DNA from: a virus
DNA: 24,140 nt
Reading direction: 5' to 3' (one strand)
IMG/VR virus record: IMGVR_UViG_3300035454_001408
Span: 1-24,140 of that record
How positions within the stretch are numbered: position 1 is the stretch's first letter; every line of letters begins with the position of its first letter. Position numbers and translations under genes: made by a program. The notes beneath the pieces were generated by a model. The model saw only the letters and a program-made list of their open reading frames with translations. It was not told the DNA's origin and made no database searches. This document shows positions 7,782 through 16,292 of the stretch, piece by piece.

Positions 7782-10142
7782 CTATATTCTCCTAATGTTT
7801 GTACGGAGGTCTGGTTGTGTTAGGAACTCATTACCAATAAATGAGTAATAATTATAGGATGTAGGGGGTTGCATTTGGTCATAAACCCCTATCCCGGTGA
7901 TTTCACTAGCAGGAATACTGTCTGATTTGATTGTTGTGGGGTCTTGTTTCATTATCATCATCCCATATTGTGCAGTAGAAGTAGGGGGCATACTCCACAA
8001 ATTGCTCCCAATTGATGGGATTGGGGCTATTTGGGTATTGTCCACATAAAAGGTGGTGCTTGTCTTTGTTTTTGTTAATATTTGAAGGTCTACTTTGGCG
8101 GTTTCATTTGATGATATTGTGAAATCTGCATCATACCAGGCCCATTCTCCTGTACCCCAAACGAGGGTAATATTAGGACTCCATGTGCTTTGTATTAATG
8201 AATTGTCAGCTCTCCTTTCTGATAAGTAGAGCCCAACGGTGGTGCTGCCTCTTAAAAATGACCCAACATTTAATATTAGTCCTGCGAGTCCTGTTGTGCC
8301 AAACTCGGAGCGTTGGGCTTGAACAACCCCCTCATAATTTATTAAATTACTTGTATCTACTTTTAAACAGTACCCAGTTCCACCATACCCCCCACCTGTT
8401 TGTGAGAGTACCGATGAAACCGGATTCCACCCTGATGTATCAGTTTCAATGTTATAAGCATTCAAAGTGAGTAGGTTGTGAGGGCGATACATGAGGGCAT
8501 AGGCTTGTGTGAGCATTGACACATCAGCCCCAGCGGCTAAACCATTCTGGTTCACACCATCATGGTAACAGCTAGTACCCTTGGTGTAACTTAAAACATC
8601 ATTTGGATGTTCAACGTAAACAAAGGGTTTACCTCGGTTAAGTTCCCATAACGTAGTATTTATTTGGTATATCTGTTTTTCTGGACCAAGACTAATTGGT
8701 TTTAAAAGATTAATCTTTTCACCATCTAAACCAAAACTATTAAGAACAGCCCATCCATTTGTTGGATCATAATAACTGAAAACAATAGGAGTGGTAGAGC
8801 TTGCATTGGTAGTTAGTTTAACTAATCCGTTGGTTACATAGAAATCTGCTGGGTCTAATGTTTCATCTGTCCATGTTATAAGTCGGGGAGTGGAATCTGT
8901 GTAACTACTGTTATATCCCTTAACTGCCCCCTTGTAAAGTTGTGATGCGTCTTCTTGGTAGAAATAGAGGTCTTCTGATGGGTTAACATAACATGGGATA
9001 GTGCCATCACTACTTGTCCGGGTGAAATCTGGGGTAACTAGTGGTGTGGTGGCAGGGAGGGCTACAATATTGTTAGATACTGCGTCTTCCATATTATAGA
9101 CTTTTAGGAACTCTGATTCTATAGTGGCACTTGTACTATCCCAATTTGCAAACTGGAAGGTGTATTTAACATTCCAGCTTTCACTAATCCATGTTACCCC
9201 ATGATATTTTTTAACATACCCACTGCCAGTGTCCACATAGATAGTGAGGTATCCTATTGGGTCAGTTACCATTTTCCAGTTAATGCTCTTGGCTGATGTA
9301 GCAGTAGGGGGAATTATAACTCCTATTGAACCAGAAGCGTTGAAAAGGTAAGCAGCATAGTTTGGTTGGCTATTGTCAACGTTTAAAACCACAAGTACGG
9401 TGTTATTATATGGGTTGGCCGATGATGCGGTCACCGTACGTGGTCCGAAGAAAAAGTTAAGAGCGTTCTTGTAGCCAGTGGGGGTGGAAGCATATTTCAT
9501 GTTTAATTCTAAAGTCCACGGCTTGTTAAAAGTACCAACACTTTGAGTTACTACTTGTCCTGCTGTACCATCCACTTTACCTTGGCATGTGAAGTTCAAA
9601 TCACCATCAGCAGTTATACTAGGCGAGGCGGTTGCACTGCTGTAACTCATTGCTGACCATATACTGCTACTGAAAGTAGAGAATGTGTCATTTAAGAGGT
9701 AGTCTTCGGTTTCAAGAAGGTAACTGTGTTCAATGCGTGTTCCGTCATTCACCCCCGGAGTGTAGGTTTGTTCGAGGTATTCGGTTTCGTTGGAACTGAT
9801 TTTCTGAGCGGTTACTTGCAAATGGACGTATTCTGCTCCGAGGTCTGTTGTGGGTTCTGCATCAATGATTATGTACCATCCTCGGTGTAATATGTCTTCA
9901 TTGTCCCGGAGGGTGTTGCTGGTGTCTATCCATACTACTCCCCAAGGGTTGTCGCCGGTGGTGATGTTTAATGGGCCACTATGTTCTGTGTTGGTGTTGT
10001 TGTGTCTTAGTCCAAGTATTTGTCGTGCTTCTATGTTTGGGACTATGATTGTGAAGCTTTCCTCGCCTTGGGTGGTGAGGGAGTTGTCGTCGTATAAGTG
10101 TGCACGTGGTATTTCGATTGGGCCTATTCTTCCTTCGCTCAT
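7782..10142 (-). CDS. Distal-tail/baseplate protein with lectin- and CBM-like domains (evolved Dit-like), 786 aa
   Basis: First tail gene after the TMP; GGTGA RBS; ConA-like segment and a CBM4/9-like segment (NIETDTSGWNP...YCLKVDT...FYVDNTQI). Confidence 0.55.
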   Translation of the reverse strand: MSEGRIGPIEIPRAHLYDDNSLTTQGEESFTIIVPNIEARQILGLRHNNTNTEHSGPLNITTGDNPWGVVWIDTSNTLRDNEDILHRGWYIIIDAEPTTDLGAEYVHLQVTAQKISSNETEYLEQTYTPGVNDGTRIEHSYLLETEDYLLNDTFSTFSSSIWSAMSYSSATASPSITADGDLNFTCQGKVDGTAGQVVTQSVGTFNKPWTLELNMKYASTPTGYKNALNFFFGPRTVTASSANPYNNTVLVVLNVDNSQPNYAAYLFNASGSIGVIIPPTATSAKSINWKMVTDPIGYLTIYVDTGSGYVKKYHGVTWISESWNVKYTFQFANWDSTSATIESEFLKVYNMEDAVSNNIVALPATTPLVTPDFTRTSSDGTIPCYVNPSEDLYFYQEDASQLYKGAVKGYNSSYTDSTPRLITWTDETLDPADFYVTNGLVKLTTNASSTTPIVFSYYDPTNGWAVLNSFGLDGEKINLLKPISLGPEKQIYQINTTLWELNRGKPFVYVEHPNDVLSYTKGTSCYHDGVNQNGLAAGADVSMLTQAYALMYRPHNLLTLNAYNIETDTSGWNPVSSVLSQTGGGYGGTGYCLKVDTSNLINYEGVVQAQRSEFGTTGLAGLILNVGSFLRGSTTVGLYLSERRADNSLIQSTWSPNITLVWGTGEWAWYDADFTISSNETAKVDLQILTKTKTSTTFYVDNTQIAPIPSIGSNLWSMPPTSTAQYGMMIMKQDPTTIKSDSIPASEITGIGVYDQMQPPTSYNYYSFIGNEFLTQPDLRTNIRRI

Positions 10143-10153
10143 GTTTTTATCAC

Positions 10154-10168
10154 CATAAAATTTAATAA
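10154..10168 (+). promoter_or_regulatory. BRE+TATA promoter of the lipoprotein gene (CATAAAA-TTTAATAA), leaderless geometry
   Basis: The TATA box starts 32 nt before ATG 10193, and there is no RBS before the ATG. Confidence 0.6.
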
Positions 10169-10192
10169 CAAGTTGTTAGTGTAATATTAATT

Positions 10193-10615
10193 ATGAAAAA
10201 AGAAATATTGATTATAGAGGTTATGTTACTGGGAATTGTGGCCATATCCGGATGCACGAGTAGTGGAGTGACAGATAAAGCATATAATGGGAGTTATATG
10301 TCTTTTCAGTATCCAGAAGAGTTTAAAGTGGCTGAAGCGAATGCGGGGCGTACTGTTGCAGTAGTAGGGAATGGGAATATCCTCATCAACCAATATAGTA
10401 ACATAGAGAATCAAAAAATGTTCGTTAACGATTTAGGAGTTAAGGAAAATATCACTAACCATTCTGATCCATTCAACTACACCACAGGGTTGACTAATAT
10501 GGAGGATGAAGCAATGTATTTCACCCGTGAGGGGAAATATTATGTTATCACTTATCCCCCTGCTTTAAGGGATAAAGTTGTTGGTTTGGCTAGGAGTATT
10601 CGGAACAATCAGTAA
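10193..10615 (+). CDS. Lipoprotein moron (ISGC lipobox, PsbP/DcrB-like fold suspected), 140 aa
   Basis: MKK + hydrophobic core + ISG-C21; the SFQYPEEF motif is typical of PsbP-related proteins. Only + strand gene; its stop overlaps the TMP stop by 7 nt. Confidence 0.8.
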   Translation: MKKEILIIEVMLLGIVAISGCTSSGVTDKAYNGSYMSFQYPEEFKVAEANAGRTVAVVGNGNILINQYSNIENQKMFVNDLGVKENITNHSDPFNYTTGLTNMEDEAMYFTREGKYYVITYPPALRDKVVGLARSIRNNQ

Positions 10616-13506
10616 TTCTTAACTATTTGGTCGTTTGCCTTAGCAACATCTTTTTTAAATTCTTTCCAATTGTATACTGGGGCATTGAATATGTATGTAT
10701 TTCCCCCATTGCCTCCACTGGGGCCTCTTGGGGGTGCCCTCCAACTTCCTGTTAGGGCATGGTTAGCTATGTCCCGGTCTTGTCCTCCTATACGTGCATA
10801 GACGTGGGGGTTTCCCATCCATGTGCTTTGTATTAGTTCTGCCGGTATTCCCCACGCATTGGCTAAGGCTATCTGGGCTAGGCTTCCATCTACACAGTTC
10901 CCTGCGAAATTAGATAAGGTTTGACTGATACTTTGTCCTATTCCTCCATAAGGGAGGTAGGTGAACCCACTTGCCATGTTTAAGAAGGATTTAGTGCCTT
11001 TTAATGGTGGGCCAAAGGCTAAACCTCCCCCACCGCCACTTCCTCTTCCTGGAACAGATGGCCCTCCACTTTGAATGAATTGTCCAACAATGGGGAGGCT
11101 GGCTACAAAGTTCACTACACTTCTCCATGCCCCTTTTATGCGTTCCATTGCCCCACTCGCCCAGTCTAATAATCTGGCAACCAATGGGTTTCCAGTAACA
11201 GCCCAGACTGCTGCGTTCCACCGAGTCATAACATAATTAACGGCATAATCCCACATAATCCGGAGGAAATTAACTGTGTTATTCCATGCCCCTTGTATCC
11301 ACGCTCCTGCTGCTGAGAACCCGCTGCTTATCCAATTCAACCCGTTTTGGAACCATAAAACAGTATTGTTCCATGCTCCTTGGAAAAAGGCAACGGTGTT
11401 CCCCCATGCTCCTTGAACGTAATCCCCAAAATCTTTAAATTTAGCTCTTGCACCAAATATGAACTCCCTGAATGCCAAATCAGCTTGTAAAAATCCACTT
11501 TCAACGGCAAAATATATCATATTCCCAATATTGCCTTCATCCATTGCCAATTGGAAGTTTTCGCTGCTCTTGGCAAAGGAATCATAGGTTTGTTTATATG
11601 ATTCAAAGTCCTTTCCAGCCTCTTTCCATGCTTTAGAATAATTGTCTGTTCCTTTAGTAATTTTATCCAGCGTTCCTGCCTGACGGTCATAAACACTACT
11701 AATTTTATTTCCCAACTCAGCGGTTTTCATTAATTCATCATTATACTCTGCCGTGGTGCCTTTTTGTTTCACATATTCTTCGGGTGTGATTCCTTCTTTT
11801 GCAGCGGCAGCCCTTGTTTTGGATGAGGATATTTTGCCTTGTTCAAGCCCTTCTAAATCCGCCCTCATTCTCTGGGCGTTAGTCCACGCATCTTCTGCAT
11901 TCTTAGCATTAATAGTGTTTGTCTCTACTCGTTTACGTGCATCTGCTATTTGTCTATCAATCTCAACGGTGCTTCTACCCGCAGCGACTTCCCTTGCCCG
12001 TGCATTGGTTAAACTTTGAATACTTTTGTTAAGACTTTCATTCTGACTTTTTAAACCACCAACAACCTCATTTTTCTCTTTCTCTGCGTTATTCCATGCA
12101 ATGGTGGCACTCTGGGTTTGGCTAATGTAATATGCTAAGCCTACGAGGGCAGCAACCATTATCCCTACCCCTGCGGCTGCGGCTATCATTCTTTTATTTA
12201 GTCCTCCGAGGGTGTCCCCCCATGATATTGATGATGTTTTAGCCCCGTTTGCTGCGGTTTTATATTTAAGTGTTCCTCCAGCGAGTTCTAAAATTTTACC
12301 CGCAGCATGACTGGCCCCACTACCAATAGTAACCAGTGTGGGCCAGAAGAACCCTAGAATAGTGGCTAGTCCAGTGAATGCAATAATGGCTCCACTAATT
12401 TGTGGGCCTAATCCTTCAAAGATAGCAGTTAAACCGTTCACTAAGGCTTCCATTCCAGGCATTAATGCTTCACCCGCAGCAATACCAGCGAGTTGTATTT
12501 TTTCTTTAAGGTTTTCAAACCGGTCAGCGAGACTGGTTACTTTACTACCGTACCCTGCAATCCCTTTATCTTCATATAACTTTTGAAGAGCAGCAAAGAA
12601 GGTTTCGGGTTTAGACTTATCAAAACCACGGTCATACAATTCCTGCATGTCGCTGATACCAATCTCTTTCATACGTTTGATACCATCACTACCTCCTGCC
12701 ATTGCATCTTCAATAGCACGACCAGCATCCTCCGCACTTCTTCCGTTGGCTTTGAATAATCCAATTGTATCCCCTAGTGTGCTGTTATATTGTATCATCT
12801 GGTCAGCAGACATTTTATGAGATAATCTGACTAATCTCCATGCACTTAGCATCTCTGGCTGTGATACTTTACTTGCACTCTCTGCATATTTAGCGGTAGC
12901 CACGTCTAAGCGTTCAACCTCAGCAACTCCCATACCTACAAATTTAAATAGGCTTTTGGCTTCTTCAACTGCCATTGCTGCCCCTACGGTAAACTGGTAG
13001 AATGCTGCCCCGACTAATGCACCCATCCATACATTAAAAGAAACCACACTGTTGGTTAATGAGGCGAGACTATTCCCGGCAGCCATTATCCCACTACCAA
13101 CCTTACCAAAAGCAGCACTACCAACACTACCCACGGAGGACAGTGCACTGCTTATCCTTGAAGTAGTGGTAGCCACAGGGGTGATAGCAGTCTTATAAGC
13201 ATTACCCATAGTAGTGAATGAAGAACTGGCAGTACTGATGGCCTTATTCATCCCAGATAACTGGTTTACTGTGCCTCCAATGGCCTTACCCATATAGGTG
13301 GCTTGGGTTGTTGCTCCTTTGACGCTGTTAGTGTAAGTTTGAACACTTTTAGCAGCATTGTTCATTCCCCGTGTGACGGCTTGGCTCCCTGTTGCCATTC
13401 CCTTAGTGGCACTCTGAGCGGATGCCATTGCCGCTTGCATCTGTTTCTGGAATTGAGATGCGTTAAGAATCAGTTGTGCTTCAATCGTGCCGGCGTTTGA
13501 TACCAT
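10609..13506 (-). CDS. Tape measure protein with C-terminal transglutaminase-like Cys-His-Asp domain, 965 aa
   Basis: TMP N-terminus (AGTIEAQLILNASQF), Ala/Gly-rich helical body, tape_meas-like core and 11-aa Trp repeats; GNCVD/PHVY/DRD motifs near the C-terminus. Start moved to ATG 13506 (GGAGA RBS). Confidence 0.92.
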   Translation of the reverse strand: MVSNAGTIEAQLILNASQFQKQMQAAMASAQSATKGMATGSQAVTRGMNNAAKSVQTYTNSVKGATTQATYMGKAIGGTVNQLSGMNKAISTASSSFTTMGNAYKTAITPVATTTSRISSALSSVGSVGSAAFGKVGSGIMAAGNSLASLTNSVVSFNVWMGALVGAAFYQFTVGAAMAVEEAKSLFKFVGMGVAEVERLDVATAKYAESASKVSQPEMLSAWRLVRLSHKMSADQMIQYNSTLGDTIGLFKANGRSAEDAGRAIEDAMAGGSDGIKRMKEIGISDMQELYDRGFDKSKPETFFAALQKLYEDKGIAGYGSKVTSLADRFENLKEKIQLAGIAAGEALMPGMEALVNGLTAIFEGLGPQISGAIIAFTGLATILGFFWPTLVTIGSGASHAAGKILELAGGTLKYKTAANGAKTSSISWGDTLGGLNKRMIAAAAGVGIMVAALVGLAYYISQTQSATIAWNNAEKEKNEVVGGLKSQNESLNKSIQSLTNARAREVAAGRSTVEIDRQIADARKRVETNTINAKNAEDAWTNAQRMRADLEGLEQGKISSSKTRAAAAKEGITPEEYVKQKGTTAEYNDELMKTAELGNKISSVYDRQAGTLDKITKGTDNYSKAWKEAGKDFESYKQTYDSFAKSSENFQLAMDEGNIGNMIYFAVESGFLQADLAFREFIFGARAKFKDFGDYVQGAWGNTVAFFQGAWNNTVLWFQNGLNWISSGFSAAGAWIQGAWNNTVNFLRIMWDYAVNYVMTRWNAAVWAVTGNPLVARLLDWASGAMERIKGAWRSVVNFVASLPIVGQFIQSGGPSVPGRGSGGGGGLAFGPPLKGTKSFLNMASGFTYLPYGGIGQSISQTLSNFAGNCVDGSLAQIALANAWGIPAELIQSTWMGNPHVYARIGGQDRDIANHALTGSWRAPPRGPSGGNGGNTYIFNAPVYNWKEFKKDVAKANDQIVKNY
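11200..11427 (-). repeat. 11-residue (33-nt) Trp-periodic TMP repeats
   Basis: QGAWGNTV, QGAWNNTV and QGAWNNTV with DNA CAAGGAGCATGG / CAAGGAGCATGG / CAAGGGGCATGG; aromatic residues recur about every 11 aa. Confidence 0.8.
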
Positions 13507-13552
13507 ACTTGTTATCTCCATTTAAAATAAGAATTAGAATTAAAAAAAATAG

Positions 13553-13939
13553 TTATAAGACTTGTCGGACTGTTCTGGTCATTGTTTCAATGATTAAACT
13601 GGCTTTGTTGTCCACGTTGTCACTGAGGTAATGGTCTTTCCCACCTTTAGGGTGATTTAATTGTTCGTCGTGCTGTTTACGTGCATAATTGAACATATTA
13701 TGAGCAGCGTATTGGTTAAACTGAACAGATGCTGAGGCATAGGACATATTAGTTTCTGTTAGGTGTGTTCCTCCTCCCCCCCGTAGGTCTCCTTTATCTA
13801 AGGGAACATCAGGTTTGGTGAAAGTTAATAATTTACTCCCTCCTTCCATCACGGCTTTGGGTAGTTGTCCTGCGACTTGTCCTTGGGTCCGTCGCATGTT
13901 ACTCTCAAAATTAGCCATGTTAAAAATCAATGCAGCCAT
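13553..13939 (-). CDS. HK97 gp10-like tail-completion/neck protein, 128 aa
   Basis: VPLDKGDLR...YARKQH...PKGGKDHYL fits the P-x-D-T/K-G-x-L-R / YA-x-x-x-H family pattern. ATG 13939 lies just after the frameshift-product stop. Confidence 0.7.
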   Translation of the reverse strand: MAALIFNMANFESNMRRTQGQVAGQLPKAVMEGGSKLLTFTKPDVPLDKGDLRGGGGTHLTETNMSYASASVQFNQYAAHNMFNYARKQHDEQLNHPKGGKDHYLSDNVDNKASLIIETMTRTVRQVL

Positions 13940-13943
13940 ATTC

Positions 13944-14542
13944 TCATCCAACTCCCATACTCTTTAACCGACTTTCCTGCCTAGCCTTCAACTTTGCTTT
14001 AACTTTAAGCTTCTCATCCTCATCCTTATCCATTTGTGCCATAATATCTAGGTTTCTCATGTGCATTGCCACATGGAGATATGGCATTTTCCATACAGTG
14101 TCTTCTTGCCAGTGGAAACGGTCACATAGACTGGTAACGGCGAATGATGGGCCTACCCCATACTTATCCGGCTTTACTTTCCCTTACCATCCTCACTTGT
14201 ACCATACTGGTCTTCCATTTGGTCTGCGAATCCTTCTGATACGAACTCTACTATGCTCATGAGTTGTGGGATTGTTAGGATGTTCTGGTTAAGGTCGGGT
14301 ATTATCCTTTTGATTATTTCACGCATCTGGGTGACTTGGCTCATCTTTTCTTCTTTAATGTCTTCCCCTGTGATGTCTTCAAAGTTTCCTAATGAGTCGA
14401 ATAGGATTGGCATTAATACGAAGTCTTCATAGGCTGGTTGGAATACTTTGTACTTGTTTCCACCTACTTTAACATCTCCGATACTGAGGTTTAGTGCGTC
14501 TAGGTCTAATAGTCGGTTTCTTTTCTTTTTAGCGTTTACCAT
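13944..14542 (-). CDS. Tail assembly chaperone, -1 frameshifted long form (gpGT-like), 199 aa
   Basis: After G GGA AAG the -1 frame stays open for 77 codons (VKPDKYGVGPSFAVTSLCDRFHWQEDTVWKMPYLHVAMHM...SMGVG) to TGA at 13944-13946. It has no independent RBS/start and is absent from the ORF track. Confidence 0.85.
14174..14542 (-). CDS. Tail assembly chaperone (gpG-like), 122 aa
   Basis: Follows the tail tube gene; GGAGG RBS; ends in the slippery heptamer. Confidence 0.85.
   Translation of the reverse strand: MVNAKKKRNRLLDLDALNLSIGDVKVGGNKYKVFQPAYEDFVLMPILFDSLGNFEDITGEDIKEEKMSQVTQMREIIKRIIPDLNQNILTIPQLMSIVEFVSEGFADQMEDQYGTSEDGKGK
14177..14183 (-). other. -1 programmed frameshift heptamer GGGAAAG
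   Basis: Correct X XXY YYZ phasing, identical to the lambda G-T heptamer, directly before the TAA stop. Confidence 0.88.
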
Positions 14543-14616
14543 AATTTACTCCCTCCGTGATAGAAAAATAAATAATTATGGGGTTTAAATAACAAAACAA
14601 CCCAATTTTAAGTTGA

Positions 14617-15603
14617 TTAGCTTATGTCGGCCAAGTTACTGGTTATAACTGCACTGGCAGTCTTAGAATCACTGGCACTGTAAACAGCAGTGAAGGCTAT
14701 ACTACTCTGCACGGCTTCGTCACCTTTAAATGGCAATGGAACATCATCCAAATACACTTTAGGCAACGTCAAAACCAGATTCTGATACTTGTCAGCAGTT
14801 CCAGGGAGTAATGCCCCCGTCCAAGTGAATACTAAGGCTTTTTCAACCGGACTGTCATCAAAGGTGTTAGTATCTCCCATGAAGTCTTCGTAGTAACTCC
14901 AGTCCTCAAAGAATACGTCCATTGAACCGGTGCATGCGAAGTATGGGGTGTGTTGTAGTCCGTAGTTTAATCCATGCCCTGCTGTGTAGAATGCTTCTGT
15001 GGCTCTGTCGATGTTTATACTGGCGTTTAAGATGTTGTTGGCAGTGGTTCCACCATAGGTGATTGAGAAGTTGGAGAAGTTGAATGCCTTATTTGTAGTG
15101 TAGGATGGGGTTAGTGCGGTTTGGGATTTATCCATCATGTAACTGAACCCGTCCACGCTGACTTCGAGTTTTTCCTTGTTTTTGGCTTCCAGTTTGAGTG
15201 ATTTGAAAACCACGTCACTGTATCGTTTGTAGTTAAGGTTTCGTATCCCGTTGGCTAGGGTGAATATTGGTAATGTGCTTGACTGTGAATAGGTGTAACC
15301 ATACGCAGGGGTGCTGCTGTATGTGGTTGCTGTGTATGAGCCGAACACTCCGTAGAATGCGTGTTCTAATCCTCCGGCAGGGTATGCAGGGAAGGTTATA
15401 CTACCTTCTGTGGTTACTGATGGTGTGATAGGGGCGTGGTTTTTATCGGTGTTGGCCCTGTGTTCTGTTTCATAACTCCGGTCTGGTTTACTGTTCCAGT
15501 CTAAGTCGGTGTATGGTATGTAAACGTCTGGGGCAACGGGGGTTCCTGGACTGGCTTGTACGCTGATTGCCGCATAAGATTCACGTCCACTGTATAATCC
15601 CAT
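14617..15603 (-). CDS. Major tail tube protein (siphovirus type), 328 aa
   Basis: Position after the terminator; pattern SGRESY...PGT...TEGSITF...FTL...FKSLKL...ASINIDR...TGSMDVFFE...LTLPKV. No sheath gene is present. Confidence 0.85.
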   Translation of the reverse strand: MGLYSGRESYAAISVQASPGTPVAPDVYIPYTDLDWNSKPDRSYETEHRANTDKNHAPITPSVTTEGSITFPAYPAGGLEHAFYGVFGSYTATTYSSTPAYGYTYSQSSTLPIFTLANGIRNLNYKRYSDVVFKSLKLEAKNKEKLEVSVDGFSYMMDKSQTALTPSYTTNKAFNFSNFSITYGGTTANNILNASINIDRATEAFYTAGHGLNYGLQHTPYFACTGSMDVFFEDWSYYEDFMGDTNTFDDSPVEKALVFTWTGALLPGTADKYQNLVLTLPKVYLDDVPLPFKGDEAVQSSIAFTAVYSASDSKTASAVITSNLADIS

Positions 15604-15606
15604 ACT

Positions 15607-15789
15607 TTAAACCCCCTTCTCTTTCTGTTTTTGTGTGATTGGTTTAGTTTGATTGGCTGGTTTTTTCCAGTTCCTCTGTTTTATTAGGCGTTCCCCTAAT
15701 TCGTCATTTACTTCTAGAATCTCGTTTACTTGGCATTCTCCGATTCCATCAGTTTTGGCAGGGTATTTGCCTATGTACTGTACTTTCAT
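15607..15789 (-). CDS. Small hypothetical protein upstream of tail tube, 60 aa
   Basis: GAGGT RBS; tight coupling to the tail tube start; EVNDELGERLIK motif resembles small virion proteins at this position. Confidence 0.7.
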   Translation of the reverse strand: MKVQYIGKYPAKTDGIGECQVNEILEVNDELGERLIKQRNWKKPANQTKPITQKQKEKGV

Positions 15790-15842
15790 GAAATTGTACC
15801 TCTCTCTGGTATGTTGTAAAATAAAGAATGAATGAACTCCTT

Positions 15843-16286
15843 TTATTCTTGTAGGTAAACGTTGGCGGTTATTTCACTGCTACGACTTATCTTGCTCTTG
15901 TTGCTGATTGCTGTTTCGTATTCAAAGTTCACGTCGGTGTCTATGCGGTAGCTGCCACTGGTGAAGTCCCAGTTACTGGTGTTGTCGAGTATTTCAATGA
16001 TACGTCCTGCTATGTTGTTGTTCTGTGTTCTGCTCGTGGTTTCGTCGGCGTATTCAGTGTAGGTGCGTATCCTATATTCTAGGATTTTCTCTGGGTTGCC
16101 GGTGCAGAACTCTCCACTTTTGATGGTGTGTAGTTCAATACTGATTTCCGGGTATTTCTTTTGTATACGTACTAGTTCGTCGGTTTCGGTGTATGGTGTT
16201 GCTGCGTATCCTGCTAGTTCGGTGTCGGTTTCTAGGAGTGTTTTTAGGTCTGTTCCACTGGTTGTTAGGTAGTCTACTGCTCCCAT
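15843..16286 (-). CDS. Tail terminator (lambda gpU/SPP1 gp17-like), 147 aa
   Basis: YPEISIE...YRIRTY...IAGRIIEIL pattern, size and position. Confidence 0.7.
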   Translation of the reverse strand: MGAVDYLTTSGTDLKTLLETDTELAGYAATPYTETDELVRIQKKYPEISIELHTIKSGEFCTGNPEKILEYRIRTYTEYADETTSRTQNNNIAGRIIEILDNTSNWDFTSGSYRIDTDVNFEYETAISNKSKISRSSEITANVYLQE

Positions 16287-16292
16287 GAGTTA

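Noticed and set aside
1205-10142. Diversity-generating retroelement or invertible tail-fibre cassette
   Set aside because: I saw no reverse transcriptase, recombinase, TR/VR-like duplicated segment or flanking inverted repeats in the window.
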